DNA of 64,000 bases from Candidatus Omnitrophota bacterium (GTDB lineage Bacteria; Omnitrophota; Gorgyraeia; Gygaellales; Profunditerraquicolaceae). The notes beneath the pieces are model-generated. The model had not been told where the DNA came from and did not search any database. It was given only the letters and a program-made list of their open reading frames with translations. Shown piece by piece: positions 54,560-64,000 of this stretch (its first letter is position 1; each line of letters opens with the position of its first letter). The position numbers were made by a program, and so were the translations under genes. The DNA lies in the NCBI GenBank assembly GCA_043812955.1, contig JBDRLN010000040.1, forward strand, positions 685-64,684, written 5' to 3'.

Positions 54560-55861
54560 ATGAGCGATTTAATGGAAAAAATTGTTTCTTTGTGTAAGCG
54601 CCGGGGGTTGATTTTTCAGTCTTCTGAGATTTACGGCGGTTTAGCCAATACCTGGGATTACGGCCCTTTCGGCATCGAATTAAAGAATAATATTAAGTTC
54701 GCCTGGTGGAAGGCCAACGTCCATAATAGGTATGATATATTGGGTATGGATGCTTCTATACTTATGCATCCTAAGGTCTGGGAGGCTTCCGGCCATGTCC
54801 AGAATTTTTACGACCTGAAGAGCGACTGCAAGTCCTGTAAAAAACGTTTTAAAACCGCTGATCTGAAAAACAAACTTAAGTGCCCGGAGTGCGGTTCGGA
54901 ATTAACTGAGGGCCGGCAGTTTAATCTGATGTTTGAAACTCATCAGGGAGCTGTTGACGCAGAAGCGGATTTAATTTACCTCAGGCCGGAAACAGCCCAG
55001 GGGATGTTGGTAAATTTTGCCAATATCCTGGACTCCCGTCATCCCAAACTACCGTTTGGCCTGGCCCAGATCGGAAAATCATTTCGCAATGAAATAACCC
55101 CGGGTAATTTTATCTTCCGGACCCGGGAATTTGAACAGATGGAGATAGAATATTTTGTCCGGCCGCAGGATGCGGATAAGTATTATCAATCCTGGGTTGA
55201 AGAGAGGTTTAACTGGTATATCGGTTTAGGAATTAAAAAAGAGAATATCCGCAAGCGCGAACATGGCCAAGATGAGCTGGCGCATTATGCCCTGGCTTGC
55301 ACAGATATTGAATATAATTTTCCGATAGGCTGGTCAGAGCTGGAAGGCATTGCCAACCGCAGTGATTTTGACTTAAAGCAGCATTCCCAATTTAGCGGAA
55401 AAGAATTGAAATATTTTGACGAAACAACCAAAGAGAAATTTTATCCTTTTATCATTGAGCCTTCTGCGGGAGTAGATAGAAGTTTGTTGGCGTTTTTAGT
55501 TGATGCCTATCACGAGGAAAAAGTCAAAGAGGACACCCGGGTAGTTTTAAAATTAAATAAAGGGCTGGCTCCGGTAAAAGCGGCAGTGCTGCCGTTATTA
55601 AAGAACCGCAGCCCAATCGTGGAATTGGCTAAAAAAATAGCCGGGGATCTAAAAAAGGATGTTTACGCGGTTTATGATGATACCGCGGCTATCGGAAAGT
55701 TGTACCGCCGGCAAGATGAAGTAGGCACTCCTTATTGTATTACGGTTGACGTGCAGTCTTTAGAGGACCAGCAGGTAACAGTCCGGGACAGGAATACAAT
55801 GTTGCAGGAACGCATTAGGGTAGACAGAGTCAAAGAATATATTTTAGGTAAATTAAAATAA
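54560..55861 (+). CDS. glyQS: Glycine--tRNA ligase (alpha2 homodimeric type)
   Basis: MSDLMEKIVSLCKRRGLIFQSSEIYGGLANTWDYGPFG. ATG at 54560; the ORF track starts upstream at 54521. Confidence 0.9.
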   Translation: MSDLMEKIVSLCKRRGLIFQSSEIYGGLANTWDYGPFGIELKNNIKFAWWKANVHNRYDILGMDASILMHPKVWEASGHVQNFYDLKSDCKSCKKRFKTADLKNKLKCPECGSELTEGRQFNLMFETHQGAVDAEADLIYLRPETAQGMLVNFANILDSRHPKLPFGLAQIGKSFRNEITPGNFIFRTREFEQMEIEYFVRPQDADKYYQSWVEERFNWYIGLGIKKENIRKREHGQDELAHYALACTDIEYNFPIGWSELEGIANRSDFDLKQHSQFSGKELKYFDETTKEKFYPFIIEPSAGVDRSLLAFLVDAYHEEKVKEDTRVVLKLNKGLAPVKAAVLPLLKNRSPIVELAKKIAGDLKKDVYAVYDDTAAIGKLYRRQDEVGTPYCITVDVQSLEDQQVTVRDRNTMLQERIRVDRVKEYILGKLK

Positions 55862-55866
55862 AACTT

Positions 55867-55943
55867 GGGGACGGTTCTTTAGCGCAATCTTAAAGTGTCC
55901 CCTTTAAGGGGACACTTTAGCTTCAGCTTGAGAACCGTCCCCT
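55867..55943. repeat. Nested palindrome (outer GGGGACGGTTCT..AGAACCGTCCCC, inner AAAGTGTCCCCTTTAAGGGGACACTTT), terminator-like
   Basis: Second copy of the 40642-40716 architecture, immediately after the glyQS stop. Confidence 0.6.
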
Positions 55944-55976
55944 GATTCAAATTAAAAAAGGAGGGTTATAAAAGCA

Positions 55977-58712
55977 ATGGCAAAGAAGTACGTGTTTTCG
56001 TTTGGCGGCGGCAAAGCAGATGGTAATGAGAGCATGAAGAACCTCTTGGGTGGCAAGGGCGCCAACCTGGCGGAGATGGCCGGTCATAAAGATTTAAAAC
56101 TTCCGGTTCCTCCGGGATTTACCCTTACTACAGAGGTCTGTACATCTTATTATCAGAATAAAAAGAAATACCCTAAAGACCTAAAACCAGAAGTAAATAA
56201 GGCTTTAGAAAAGGTTGAGAAATTAATGAACAGGAAATTCGGCGACGCCAATAACCCGCTTTTAGTTTCGGTGCGATCAGGCGCCAGGAAATCTATGCCC
56301 GGAATGATGGAGACGGTTTTAAACGTGGGTTTGAACGAAAAGACTATTCCGGGGTTGGTTAAGCAAAGCAATGGCAATGCCCGTTTTGTTTATGACGCCT
56401 ACCGCCGCCTGATTATGATGTATTCCGACGTAGTCATGGAAAAGGCCGCTGGCATCGAGCCTAAAGATGAAGAGGGTATCCGTAAACAGTTAGAAAAGAT
56501 TATGGCCCAGATGAAAAGAGAAAAAGGCTATAAGGCGGATACGGATTTAAATGTGGAAGATCTAAAGAAACTCTGTTCGTTGTTTAAGAATAAGATCAAG
56601 GAAATTTTGGGTAAGGAATTTCCGGATGAGCCGATGGAACAGCTCTGGGGAGGGATCGGAGCAGTTTTTTCTTCCTGGAACGGCAAGCGGGCGATCAGCT
56701 ACCGCAGGATCGAAGGAATTCCTGATGAATGGGGCACGGCAGTTAATGTGCAGACTATGGTTTTCGGAAATATGGGGGATGATTCAGCTACTGGAGTTGC
56801 TTTTTCGCGTAATCCCGGAACCGGCGAAAATTATTTTTATGGTGAGTATCTGATTAATGCCCAGGGTGAAGATGTGGTTGCTGGTATCCGCACTCCGGCT
56901 CCGATTAATGGAGTATCACAATCTGAACACAATAAAGGCTTGTTGACTTTGGAAAAAGGCATGCCGGTATTATATAAAGAATTAGTCGGCTATCGTAACC
57001 GTTTGGAAAAGCATTATCGGGATATGCAGGATATCGAGTTTACCATTGAAAAAGGTAGGCTTTTTATGCTGCAATGCCGGGTGGGCAAACGTAATGGCCC
57101 GGCTGCTGTGCGCATGGCCATGGATATGATCAAAGAAAAACTCATTAGAAAAGAAGAAGCGGTAATGCGGGTTACTCCGGCTCAGTTAGATGAGTTATTA
57201 CATCCGATAATCAATCCTAAAGTAGAAATGGTGTCTAAACCTTTAGGTAAAGGTTTGCCTGCCGGACCTGGAGGAGCTAACGGCCAGGTAGTATTTTCGG
57301 CTAATGACGCTGTGGAATGGGCAAAGCAGGGTAAGAAAGTAATTTTAGTCCGCGAAGAGACTAATCCTGAAGATGTGGAAGGGATGCGCTCGGCCCAGGC
57401 TATTCTTACTGCCCGGGGTGGGATGACTTCTCATGCCGCATTAGTTGCCCGCGGCTGGGGTAAATGCTGTATTGTCGGATGCCCTGACTTGCATATTGAT
57501 TATGCTAAAAAAGAAGCTGTTTTAGGAAATGAGTCGCTTAAAGAAGGCGATTGGATTACTTTAAACGGCACTAAGGGCAGTGTTTATTCCGGGAAATTAG
57601 AGATGATCGACGCTTCGCAGGAGAATACGATTCTCTACGAATTCTTAAAAATCTGCGGTTCGATTAAGCAATTAGGTATTCGCACTAACGCGGATACTCC
57701 GGAGGATGCCCATAAAGCCAGGCAATTCGGCGCCGAAGGCATCGGCCTTTTCCGGACCGAGCATATGTTTTACGGTAAAGGTTCGGATGAGCCATTATTC
57801 CTCTTGCGCAAAATGATTATTTCTAAAACTCTGGACGAGAGAAATAAAGCTTTAGATGAGTTATTTCCCTATGTAAAAAAAGATATTAAGGCTACTTTAG
57901 AGGCGATGGATGGATATCCTGTAGTTATCCGTTTACTTGATCCTCCTTTGCACGAGTTTGTTCCCCGGGAGCAGGCCAAATTAGAAGAACTTGCTAAAGA
58001 TTTAAATATTGATATGGCTGAGTTGGCCCGCAGGGCAGAAGGCCTGCATGAGTCTAACCCGATGATGGGGCATAGAGGAGTGCGTTTGGGGGTTACTTAT
58101 CCGGAAGTCTCTACTATGCAGATCAAGGCTATTTTGGAAAGCGCTGCTGAATTGATCAAGGAAGGTAAAAAACCCTATCCGGAAATAATGATTCCGGTAG
58201 TCTGCGATGTTAAGGAATTGGATGACCAGCTGGTAATAGCTAAAAAAGTTTACCAGGACGTATTATATAGGTATAACCTTAAGAAAATCAAATATATGTT
58301 TGGCACCATGATTGAGATTCCTAGGGCAGCGTTTATGGCCGGTGAAATTGCCCGGGTAGCCCAGTTTTTTTCATTTGGCACCAATGATCTTACCCAAATG
58401 GGTTTTGGATTCTCTCGGGATGATATCGGCGGCTTTCTACTTGAGTATATTAAGAAAGGCATCTTGCCGGAAGACCCCTTCCAAAGCATTGATCAGAAAG
58501 GTATCGGTGAATTGATTAAGATTGCCATTGAGCGGGGGCGTAAGACTAAAAAAGAATTAGAGGTAGGGATCTGCGGTGAACACGGCGGTGACCCGCGTTC
58601 AGTAGAATTCTGCCATAATGTAGGTATGGATTATGTAAGCTGTTCGCCGTTTAGGGTGCCTATTGCTAAATTAGCGGCAGCCCAGGCAGTTCTTAGGGGG
58701 AAGAAAAAATAG
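55977..58712 (+). CDS. ppdK: Pyruvate, phosphate dikinase
   Basis: MAKKYVFSFGGGKADGNESMKNLLGGKGANLAEM, phospho-His GGMTSHAA, PEP-utilising C-terminus. 911 aa. Confidence 0.95.
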   Translation: MAKKYVFSFGGGKADGNESMKNLLGGKGANLAEMAGHKDLKLPVPPGFTLTTEVCTSYYQNKKKYPKDLKPEVNKALEKVEKLMNRKFGDANNPLLVSVRSGARKSMPGMMETVLNVGLNEKTIPGLVKQSNGNARFVYDAYRRLIMMYSDVVMEKAAGIEPKDEEGIRKQLEKIMAQMKREKGYKADTDLNVEDLKKLCSLFKNKIKEILGKEFPDEPMEQLWGGIGAVFSSWNGKRAISYRRIEGIPDEWGTAVNVQTMVFGNMGDDSATGVAFSRNPGTGENYFYGEYLINAQGEDVVAGIRTPAPINGVSQSEHNKGLLTLEKGMPVLYKELVGYRNRLEKHYRDMQDIEFTIEKGRLFMLQCRVGKRNGPAAVRMAMDMIKEKLIRKEEAVMRVTPAQLDELLHPIINPKVEMVSKPLGKGLPAGPGGANGQVVFSANDAVEWAKQGKKVILVREETNPEDVEGMRSAQAILTARGGMTSHAALVARGWGKCCIVGCPDLHIDYAKKEAVLGNESLKEGDWITLNGTKGSVYSGKLEMIDASQENTILYEFLKICGSIKQLGIRTNADTPEDAHKARQFGAEGIGLFRTEHMFYGKGSDEPLFLLRKMIISKTLDERNKALDELFPYVKKDIKATLEAMDGYPVVIRLLDPPLHEFVPREQAKLEELAKDLNIDMAELARRAEGLHESNPMMGHRGVRLGVTYPEVSTMQIKAILESAAELIKEGKKPYPEIMIPVVCDVKELDDQLVIAKKVYQDVLYRYNLKKIKYMFGTMIEIPRAAFMAGEIARVAQFFSFGTNDLTQMGFGFSRDDIGGFLLEYIKKGILPEDPFQSIDQKGIGELIKIAIERGRKTKKELEVGICGEHGGDPRSVEFCHNVGMDYVSCSPFRVPIAKLAAAQAVLRGKKK

Positions 58713-58807
58713 TAGGTATAGATATAGGTAAAGGTATAGGTATAGGTACAGAAGAGCACGATTTAATTTTTATGTTTTTCTCTACCCCTACCTTTTCCTC
58801 TACCTAG
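58713..58807. terminator. Long imperfect hairpin built from GGTAKAGGTA-type repeats (terminator-like)
   Basis: GTAGGTATAGATATAGGTAAAGGTATAGGTATAGGTACAG pairs with CTCTACCCCTACCTTTTCCTCTACCTAG. Confidence 0.5.
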
Positions 58808-58827
58808 ATCAATTTAGAGGGAAAAAC

Positions 58828-59640
58828 ATGGAAGCATTAAAGACTTACCTTAAAGAGGTTCGGCTTATCCCGCTTCTGACTCCGGCCCAGGAGATTGAAT
58901 TAAGCATAAAGATAAAAAAAGGCGATGAGCACGCCCGTAAGGCGATGATCCGGGCAAATCTGCGCTTAGTTATAAATATAGCCAAAAGGTATTATCATTT
59001 AGGCATACCTCTTCTGGACTTAATCGAAGAAGGTAATTTAGGCTTAATGAAAGCGGTGGATAAATTTAATCACCTTCGGGGATTTCGTTTTTCAACTTAT
59101 GCAGCCTGGTGGATCAGGCAGGGTATTATCCGGGCTATCAGCCAGCAGGGGAAGATGGTTCGCCTACCGGTTTATATGAACGAACGCATGACTAAATGGA
59201 AGAAGATCAGCGAGGTAATGTCCCAGAAGTTAAAACGCCTACCTTCCGATCAGGAGATTGCCAAAAAGATGAATTTATCAGTTGGCCATATGGATGAGGT
59301 AAAATTCTGGCTAACCTCTAAAACCTCGTCTTTGGAAGCTCCTATTGGCGATGAAGATGAGAGCCAGGTTTCCGACCTTCTGGAAGATGAAAAAGCTGTT
59401 GCCCCTGATGCTGGGGTTCTGCGCGTGTTGGATAAAGAGAGGATCGCTGGCCTCCTGGGGTTGATGACCCCAAGAGAAAAAGAGATTCTGGATATGCGTT
59501 TTGGTTTGGTTAAGGGCAGGTCATATACCTTACGGGAAGTTGCTAAAAAAATGGGAGTTTCCCGGGAGAGGATCCGCCAGATCGAAGAAGAGGCCTTAAG
59601 AAAGCTGCGCAGTTTTGTCAAAAAAGAGGAGAGCAAATGA
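58828..59640 (+). CDS. RNA polymerase sigma-70 family factor (RpoD/RpoS-like, regions 1.2-4, compact)
   Basis: Region 2 MIRANLRLVINIAKRY...DLIEEGNLGLMKAVDKFN...FSTYAAWWIRQ and a region 4 HTH. Confidence 0.8.
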   Translation: MEALKTYLKEVRLIPLLTPAQEIELSIKIKKGDEHARKAMIRANLRLVINIAKRYYHLGIPLLDLIEEGNLGLMKAVDKFNHLRGFRFSTYAAWWIRQGIIRAISQQGKMVRLPVYMNERMTKWKKISEVMSQKLKRLPSDQEIAKKMNLSVGHMDEVKFWLTSKTSSLEAPIGDEDESQVSDLLEDEKAVAPDAGVLRVLDKERIAGLLGLMTPREKEILDMRFGLVKGRSYTLREVAKKMGVSRERIRQIEEEALRKLRSFVKKEESK

Positions 59641-59716
59641 ATCTCGTACCTTCTGAAGAATTCAATCAATATAAGACAAAAGGTGTTGGGTTGATAAATG
59701 AGAAAGAAGGTGCGGG

Positions 59717-60247
59717 ATGAAAAAGGTAAATTTAGCTGATAGTATCAGGAGTATTCCCGGTTTTCCGAAAGAAGGGATAATCTTTCGCGACATCACTACT
59801 CTTATTAAGGATAAATCTGCGTTCAAACAATCTATAGACCTACTAGTAAAAAAGTATAAGAACAAAGGGATAGATGCTGTTGTGGGAGTTGAATCCCGGG
59901 GGTTTATTTTTGGCAGCGTTATCGCCTATAAAATTGGTGCGGGTTTTGTACTGGTGCGCAAAAAAGGAAAGCTTCCCGCCAAAACTATATCTGCTACTTA
60001 TCAGTTGGAATACGGCAGTGATACTTTGGAAATTCCTCAGGACGCGATTAAACCTGGTTCTAAAGTTTTAATTGTCGATGATTTATTAGCTACCGGCGGA
60101 ACAGTCAAAGCTGTAACTGGATTAGTTAATCAGCTGGGAGGAAAGATCGCGGGCATTGCTTTTGTGATTGAGCTGGTAGATTTAAAAGGTAAAGAAAAGC
60201 TTAAAGGTTACCCGATTTATTCTTTGATAAAATTTAAGGGCCACTAA
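59717..60247 (+). CDS. apt: Adenine phosphoribosyltransferase
   Basis: IPGFPKEGIIFRDITTL ... VLIVDDLLATGGT PRPP motif. Confidence 0.9.
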   Translation: MKKVNLADSIRSIPGFPKEGIIFRDITTLIKDKSAFKQSIDLLVKKYKNKGIDAVVGVESRGFIFGSVIAYKIGAGFVLVRKKGKLPAKTISATYQLEYGSDTLEIPQDAIKPGSKVLIVDDLLATGGTVKAVTGLVNQLGGKIAGIAFVIELVDLKGKEKLKGYPIYSLIKFKGH

Positions 60248-60252
60248 CCTTA

Positions 60253-60312
60253 TGTCAACCCCAGAGGTTGACATAAATACTGTTTACCGTTGTCAACCTC
60301 TGGGGTTGACAA
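60253..60312. repeat. Compound palindrome (GTCAACCCCAGAGGTTGAC ... GTCAACCTCTGGGGTTGAC)
   Basis: Two mutually reverse-complementary copies, each itself terminally palindromic, between apt and tRNA-Arg. Confidence 0.6.
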
Positions 60313-60329
60313 AGAGGGTTATAATATTT

Positions 60330-60403
60330 GCGCCTGTAGCTCATAAGGATAGAGCAGCAGTTTCCTAAACTGCGTGCGGCAGGTTCGATTCCTGCCAGGC
60401 GCA
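60330..60403 (+). tRNA. tRNA-Arg (anticodon CCU)
   Basis: Manual fold: acceptor GCGCCTG/CAGGCGC, D-stem GCTC/GAGC, anticodon stem GCAGT/ACTGC with loop TTCCTAA, T-arm GCAGG-TTCGATT-CCTGC, discriminator A. Confidence 0.85.
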
Positions 60404-60435
60404 TAAAATTAGAGATAAGGGATAAGAGTTAAGGG

Positions 60436-61098
60436 ATGGATTATATGTATAATTTGCACTGCCACTCATTATTAAGCGACGGAGACCTGCTTCCTTCGGA
60501 AGTAGCGGTCCGTTATATGGCCAAGGGGTATAAGGCGATCGCTATTACTGACCATAGCGATTACGGTAATATTGGGTCTAATATTCAATCGATAGTGGAA
60601 TTTTGCAAACACTGGCCGAAAAATTACGCTATTCGGGTTTTCCCGGGAGTGGAATTAACCCATATTCCCTTGGAACAGTTTGAACCATTAGCTAAATTAG
60701 CCAGGGCTAAAGGCGCAAAGATTATTGTGGCTCACGGCGAGACTTTGGTTGAGCCGATGATCAAAGGGACAAACCGGGCTGCCTTAGAAGCTGATATAGA
60801 TATATTAGCCCATCCGGGAAAAATTACGGATCAGGATGTAAAATTCGCCCGGGATAAAGGTATATTTTTAGAAGTCACTACCCGTAAAGGCCATTCGTTG
60901 TCTAATGCCTATGTGATTAAAAAAGCTATTAAATTCAGAGCGCGTTTAATCATTAACACTGACAGTCATTCGACCGAAGATATTATCAGTCCCAGTAAAG
61001 TTATCGCTCTGGCCAGAAAATCGGGCTTAAGCCTTAAGCAGATAGATAATATTTATAAAGACGTCGCGAGATTTTTAGCCGAAAGGGGGAAGGGATGA
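60436..61098 (+). CDS. PHP domain (polymerase/histidinol-phosphatase-like) metal-dependent phosphoesterase
   Basis: YNLHCHSLLSDGDL ... ITDHSDY ... HGETLVEP metal ligands. Confidence 0.7.
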   Translation: MDYMYNLHCHSLLSDGDLLPSEVAVRYMAKGYKAIAITDHSDYGNIGSNIQSIVEFCKHWPKNYAIRVFPGVELTHIPLEQFEPLAKLARAKGAKIIVAHGETLVEPMIKGTNRAALEADIDILAHPGKITDQDVKFARDKGIFLEVTTRKGHSLSNAYVIKKAIKFRARLIINTDSHSTEDIISPSKVIALARKSGLSLKQIDNIYKDVARFLAERGKG

Positions 61099-61577
61099 GG
61101 AGCATTTTAATTATTTTATTAGTGGGAATTTGTATTACCGGTTTTTTAGGCTGCGCCACTACTACTGATGATAAGCCAGGTATATCAAAAAATGAAGCTA
61201 TGCTGGAGCCATCGGCTCTTCTAAAATTTAATGATATTCCTATACCTACTGGATTTAAAAATTTGCCTCTCGATTCTTATTCTTTTGAAAGCGCGGGGGT
61301 AAGGGTTGGTTTATTAAAATATCAGGGTAAGGCTGATCCTGCCCAGGTGGTAAATTTCTATAAAGAACAGATGACAATGTATAACTGGAATTTGTTGAAT
61401 GCTGTTGAATACGGCGAAAAGATTTTGAATTTTGACCGGGAGAGCGAAAGCTGTATTATTACTATATCCGGCAAAGGTAATAATGTTGGTATTACTATTT
61501 GCTTAGGGCCAAAATCTCAACCGTTATCAACTAAAAGATCTTCCCGCGAAATCAGGGACAGAGACTTAGTTAAATAA
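61095..61577 (+). CDS. Hypothetical lipoprotein
   Basis: Lipobox GFLGCATT. I recognise no domain. Confidence 0.4.
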   Translation: MRSILIILLVGICITGFLGCATTTDDKPGISKNEAMLEPSALLKFNDIPIPTGFKNLPLDSYSFESAGVRVGLLKYQGKADPAQVVNFYKEQMTMYNWNLLNAVEYGEKILNFDRESESCIITISGKGNNVGITICLGPKSQPLSTKRSSREIRDRDLVK

Positions 61578-61915
61578 TGAAAAGTGCAAAGTGCCCTGAT
61601 GTAACTAGTATATACTTTATAGATTTAGGACTAAGGGACCTGACCCCTAGGGTATGGGGAAATTTTACTATTGGCTAATTTTAAAAAAATACTTGACAAA
61701 TATGCAAGTATATGATAAAAAAGAGAAAATACAGTGAAGTTATATACCGCAGGAGCTGATTAACTTAAGGCTAAGGAGGAGGTGAACAGGCTTAAGCGGC
61801 GCAAATCAGCTGAAGACGGTAAAAAGTAAATGTGAAAATCACCTGGAGGCTTAAAAGCCCCAGATACAATAGAAACGGTATATTTCTAATAAAATAAACA
61901 AAGGAGGAAAAAGAA

Positions 61916-63292
61916 ATGAGTAAACGTTTAATCTTAGTGTTAACGTTGGCTTTTGTGGTGGGCATCACAGTTGGTGCTTACGCCGAAGTTCAGAATGTTA
62001 AGGTAGGTGGCGAACTTTTGTTTCAGGCATTGCACCAGAGAAATTTTGGTTTAAGAAGTAGTGGTGATAGTGCTACCCGTGGCGATAAGGAAAATGATAT
62101 AAGCAATCGTTTGTTATCGCACGCGCAGATTAAAGTAAGTGCGGATTTAACTGATAACGTTAGCGTAGTAGTAAACTTATTAAATGAAAGAGCCTGGGGT
62201 TTAGAAAGAATTGCGAGCGACACTAACGGTGATGTTAGCAGCACTTCCGTTGATTTGGATTTAGCTTATGTTACCTTAAAGGAGTTTTTATATTCGCCTT
62301 TAACTTTAAGGATCGGACGTCAGGCAGTCAAGTTTGGTAATGGTTTGGTTATTGGTTCTGGTACATCCGCAACCAATTTAGCTAGTGGTGACACAGCTAG
62401 AGCCACCAACTATGCTAACGGCGTTCCTAGGGATCAGCGCTTAAGAAAAGCCTGGGATGCCATTAGGGCAACCTTAGACTATAATCCTTTGACAGTTGAT
62501 TTATTGTATGGCAAAATGGATGATGGTCCTAATTCTGACCGTGCAGACAACATCGATGTATATGCTGTTAATGCTGCTTATAAATTCAGCAAAAAAACCT
62601 CGGTTGAGGGTTATTTAGCCGCTAAAATTGATGGCAAAACCGCTGAGGCTGGTACTGTCCAAGGAAAAGCAAGCAAGGTCTATACCATTGGTATATTAGG
62701 TAGGACTGAGCCGATCAAAAACCTAAAGACATCATTAGAATTTGCTGGCCAGGTTGGAGAGCGTACGGTTACCAGTACTGATCCTGCTACAACTCGCCGG
62801 GCCTATGCAATTCAGGCTATGGCAGATTATGCGTTTAAGGGTAAAAAGTTCGACCCGATACTGGGAGCAACTTTTACACATTTATCGGGAGATAATCAAC
62901 GCAACGATAAAACTTATCGCAACTGGGATCCAATGCAAGAAGGACAGGCGCCCAACATAGTTACTAACTATTTTACCATGACTAGCACCCAGGTAATGAA
63001 TCTTAGGGGCAGCATGAAACCCGTGGAAGATATTACTTTGAGCGCTAACTATGGATATTATCATTTTACCCAGAAATTAAATGAAACTAGTTTGACTAAC
63101 AATTATAGTGCTGGAACCTTGAGTATGACCGAGAGCAAAGACGGTGGCAGCGCGCTGGATCTGTACGCTAAATACAACTACACCGAAGATGTGTTGATTG
63201 GTTTGGATATCGGCACATTCTTCCCTGGCAAAGCATTTGTAGATGCCAGAAGCGCAGTTTCAGTAATGCCATATCTAAAAGTAACCTTCTAA
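61916..63292 (+). CDS. Outer membrane beta-barrel protein (porin-like) with a signal peptide and C-terminal Phe
   Basis: Signal peptide ending AYA-EV, alternating amphipathic strands and the terminal motif YLKVTF typical of outer membrane proteins. Confidence 0.6.
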   Translation: MSKRLILVLTLAFVVGITVGAYAEVQNVKVGGELLFQALHQRNFGLRSSGDSATRGDKENDISNRLLSHAQIKVSADLTDNVSVVVNLLNERAWGLERIASDTNGDVSSTSVDLDLAYVTLKEFLYSPLTLRIGRQAVKFGNGLVIGSGTSATNLASGDTARATNYANGVPRDQRLRKAWDAIRATLDYNPLTVDLLYGKMDDGPNSDRADNIDVYAVNAAYKFSKKTSVEGYLAAKIDGKTAEAGTVQGKASKVYTIGILGRTEPIKNLKTSLEFAGQVGERTVTSTDPATTRRAYAIQAMADYAFKGKKFDPILGATFTHLSGDNQRNDKTYRNWDPMQEGQAPNIVTNYFTMTSTQVMNLRGSMKPVEDITLSANYGYYHFTQKLNETSLTNNYSAGTLSMTESKDGGSALDLYAKYNYTEDVLIGLDIGTFFPGKAFVDARSAVSVMPYLKVTF

Positions 63293-63310
63293 TAAAGATT
63301 CAATGTAAGC

Positions 63311-63348
63311 AAAAACCCCTGGGGGAGTAATTCCCCAGGGGTTTTTTG
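63311..63348 (+). terminator. Rho-independent terminator
   Basis: AAAAACCCCTGGGGGAGTAATTCCCCAGGGGTTTTTTG. Confidence 0.8.
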
Positions 63349-63364
63349 TTGCCGAAAGCAACCT

Positions 63365-64000
63365 ATGCTAAACCTCGCCTTTATCTTCCACATGCACCAG
63401 CCGTATTACAAAAATCTCCTGACTAAGGTTAGCGAGGTGCCTTGGGTGCGTTTGCACGGCTCCAAGGATTATTTAGATATGGTCTTGATCTTAAAAAATT
63501 ACCCCAAGATCCACCAGACCTTTAATCTGGTTCCTTGTTTAATCGAACAAACCGAAGATTATCTTAGCGGGAATATTAAGGATAAATTCCTGGAGCTGAC
63601 CCGCAAACCGGTTGCGGAATTAACTACTGAAGAAAAGAGCTTTATTATAAACAATTTTTTTAGCATTAATCCGGATAAAGTTATATCGGTTCACCCCCGT
63701 TATTATGAGCTTTATCTAAAAAAACAAACCGGTAAAGTTTTTAGCCCGCAGGATTTTTTAGATCTGCAGGTCTGGTTTAATTTATCCTGGATCGACCCCT
63801 TTTTTCGCAGCACAATAGCAGAATTAAAAAGAATAGAAGGCAAGGGGAGATTTTTTACGGAAGTTGAGAAGGGTATTGTTTTAGACAAACAGCTGGAGAT
63901 ATTAAAGGATATTATACCTACTTACCAGGAATTCATTAAAAATCAGCAGATTGAAGTAACTATGAGCCCTTATTATCATCCCATCCTGCCGTTGTTGGCT
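63365..64000 (+). CDS. Glycoside hydrolase family 57 protein (alpha-glucan branching or 4-alpha-glucanotransferase type), 5' partial to the window end
   Basis: N-terminal FHMHQPYY GH57 signature, with no stop inside the window. Confidence 0.75.
   Translation, partial: MLNLAFIFHMHQPYYKNLLTKVSEVPWVRLHGSKDYLDMVLILKNYPKIHQTFNLVPCLIEQTEDYLSGNIKDKFLELTRKPVAELTTEEKSFIINNFFSINPDKVISVHPRYYELYLKKQTGKVFSPQDFLDLQVWFNLSWIDPFFRSTIAELKRIEGKGRFFTEVEKGIVLDKQLEILKDIIPTYQEFIKNQQIEVTMSPYYHPILPLLA

Noticed and set aside
61693-61722. Promoter call for the outer membrane protein gene
   Set aside because: A TTGACA box is present, but no convincing -10 hexamer lies at 16-18 nt spacing, so I did not list it as a feature.

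Overview
This is a gene-dense bacterial chromosomal window with about 40% GC, and almost all genes are on the + strand. The housekeeping core comprises: cspA-like pair, rsmE, mtaB, rpsU, aroQ, pepP, efp, accB/accC, pfkA, gmhA, an hldE-like adenylyltransferase, thiE/thiC, guaA, dnaE, an HU-family protein, hisS, aspS, phoH, a 7TMR-HD protein, ybeY, recO, panE, panB, glyQS, ppdK, apt, tRNA-Gly(CCC) and tRNA-Arg(CCU). The LPS heptose genes, a C-terminal-Phe outer membrane protein, PPDK and PPi/ATP-PFK point to a diderm, probably anaerobic, uncultivated-type lineage, but I cannot assign a taxon from sequence alone. The accessory content I could support includes the following. (1) An expanded AmmeMemoRadiSam cluster: a B12-binding radical SAM gene, the system radical SAM gene, a Memo-AMMECR1 fusion with a signal-peptide-like N-terminus, a DsbD_2-like membrane protein and two cold-shock genes, plus a second Memo paralog 9 kb away. 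(2) A RAYT (IS200-like Y1 transposase) sitting inside a split REP palindrome, with two further intact REP copies and a diverged mtaB 3' fragment beside it. (3) A tRNA-Gly(CCC) gene preceded by two tandem, hairpin-interrupted copies of its own 5' half. (4) Several families of short palindromic or structured intergenic elements, one of them MITE-like with long terminal inverted repeats directly upstream of dnaE. (5) A chemosensory locus made of an orphan solute-binding protein, two tandem secreted single-Cache paralogs and an MCP. (6) A soluble PRC-barrel/MgtE-N/CBS protein next to an NRAMP transporter. (7) A response-regulator gene flanked by 40-bp direct repeats. (8) A 530-aa Orc/Cdc6-like AAA ATPase between an M23 peptidase and a metallophosphoesterase. 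The ORF track missed rpsU (GTG start) and a Trm112-like gene (under 60 aa). I found no CRISPR array, no rRNA and no clear prophage.
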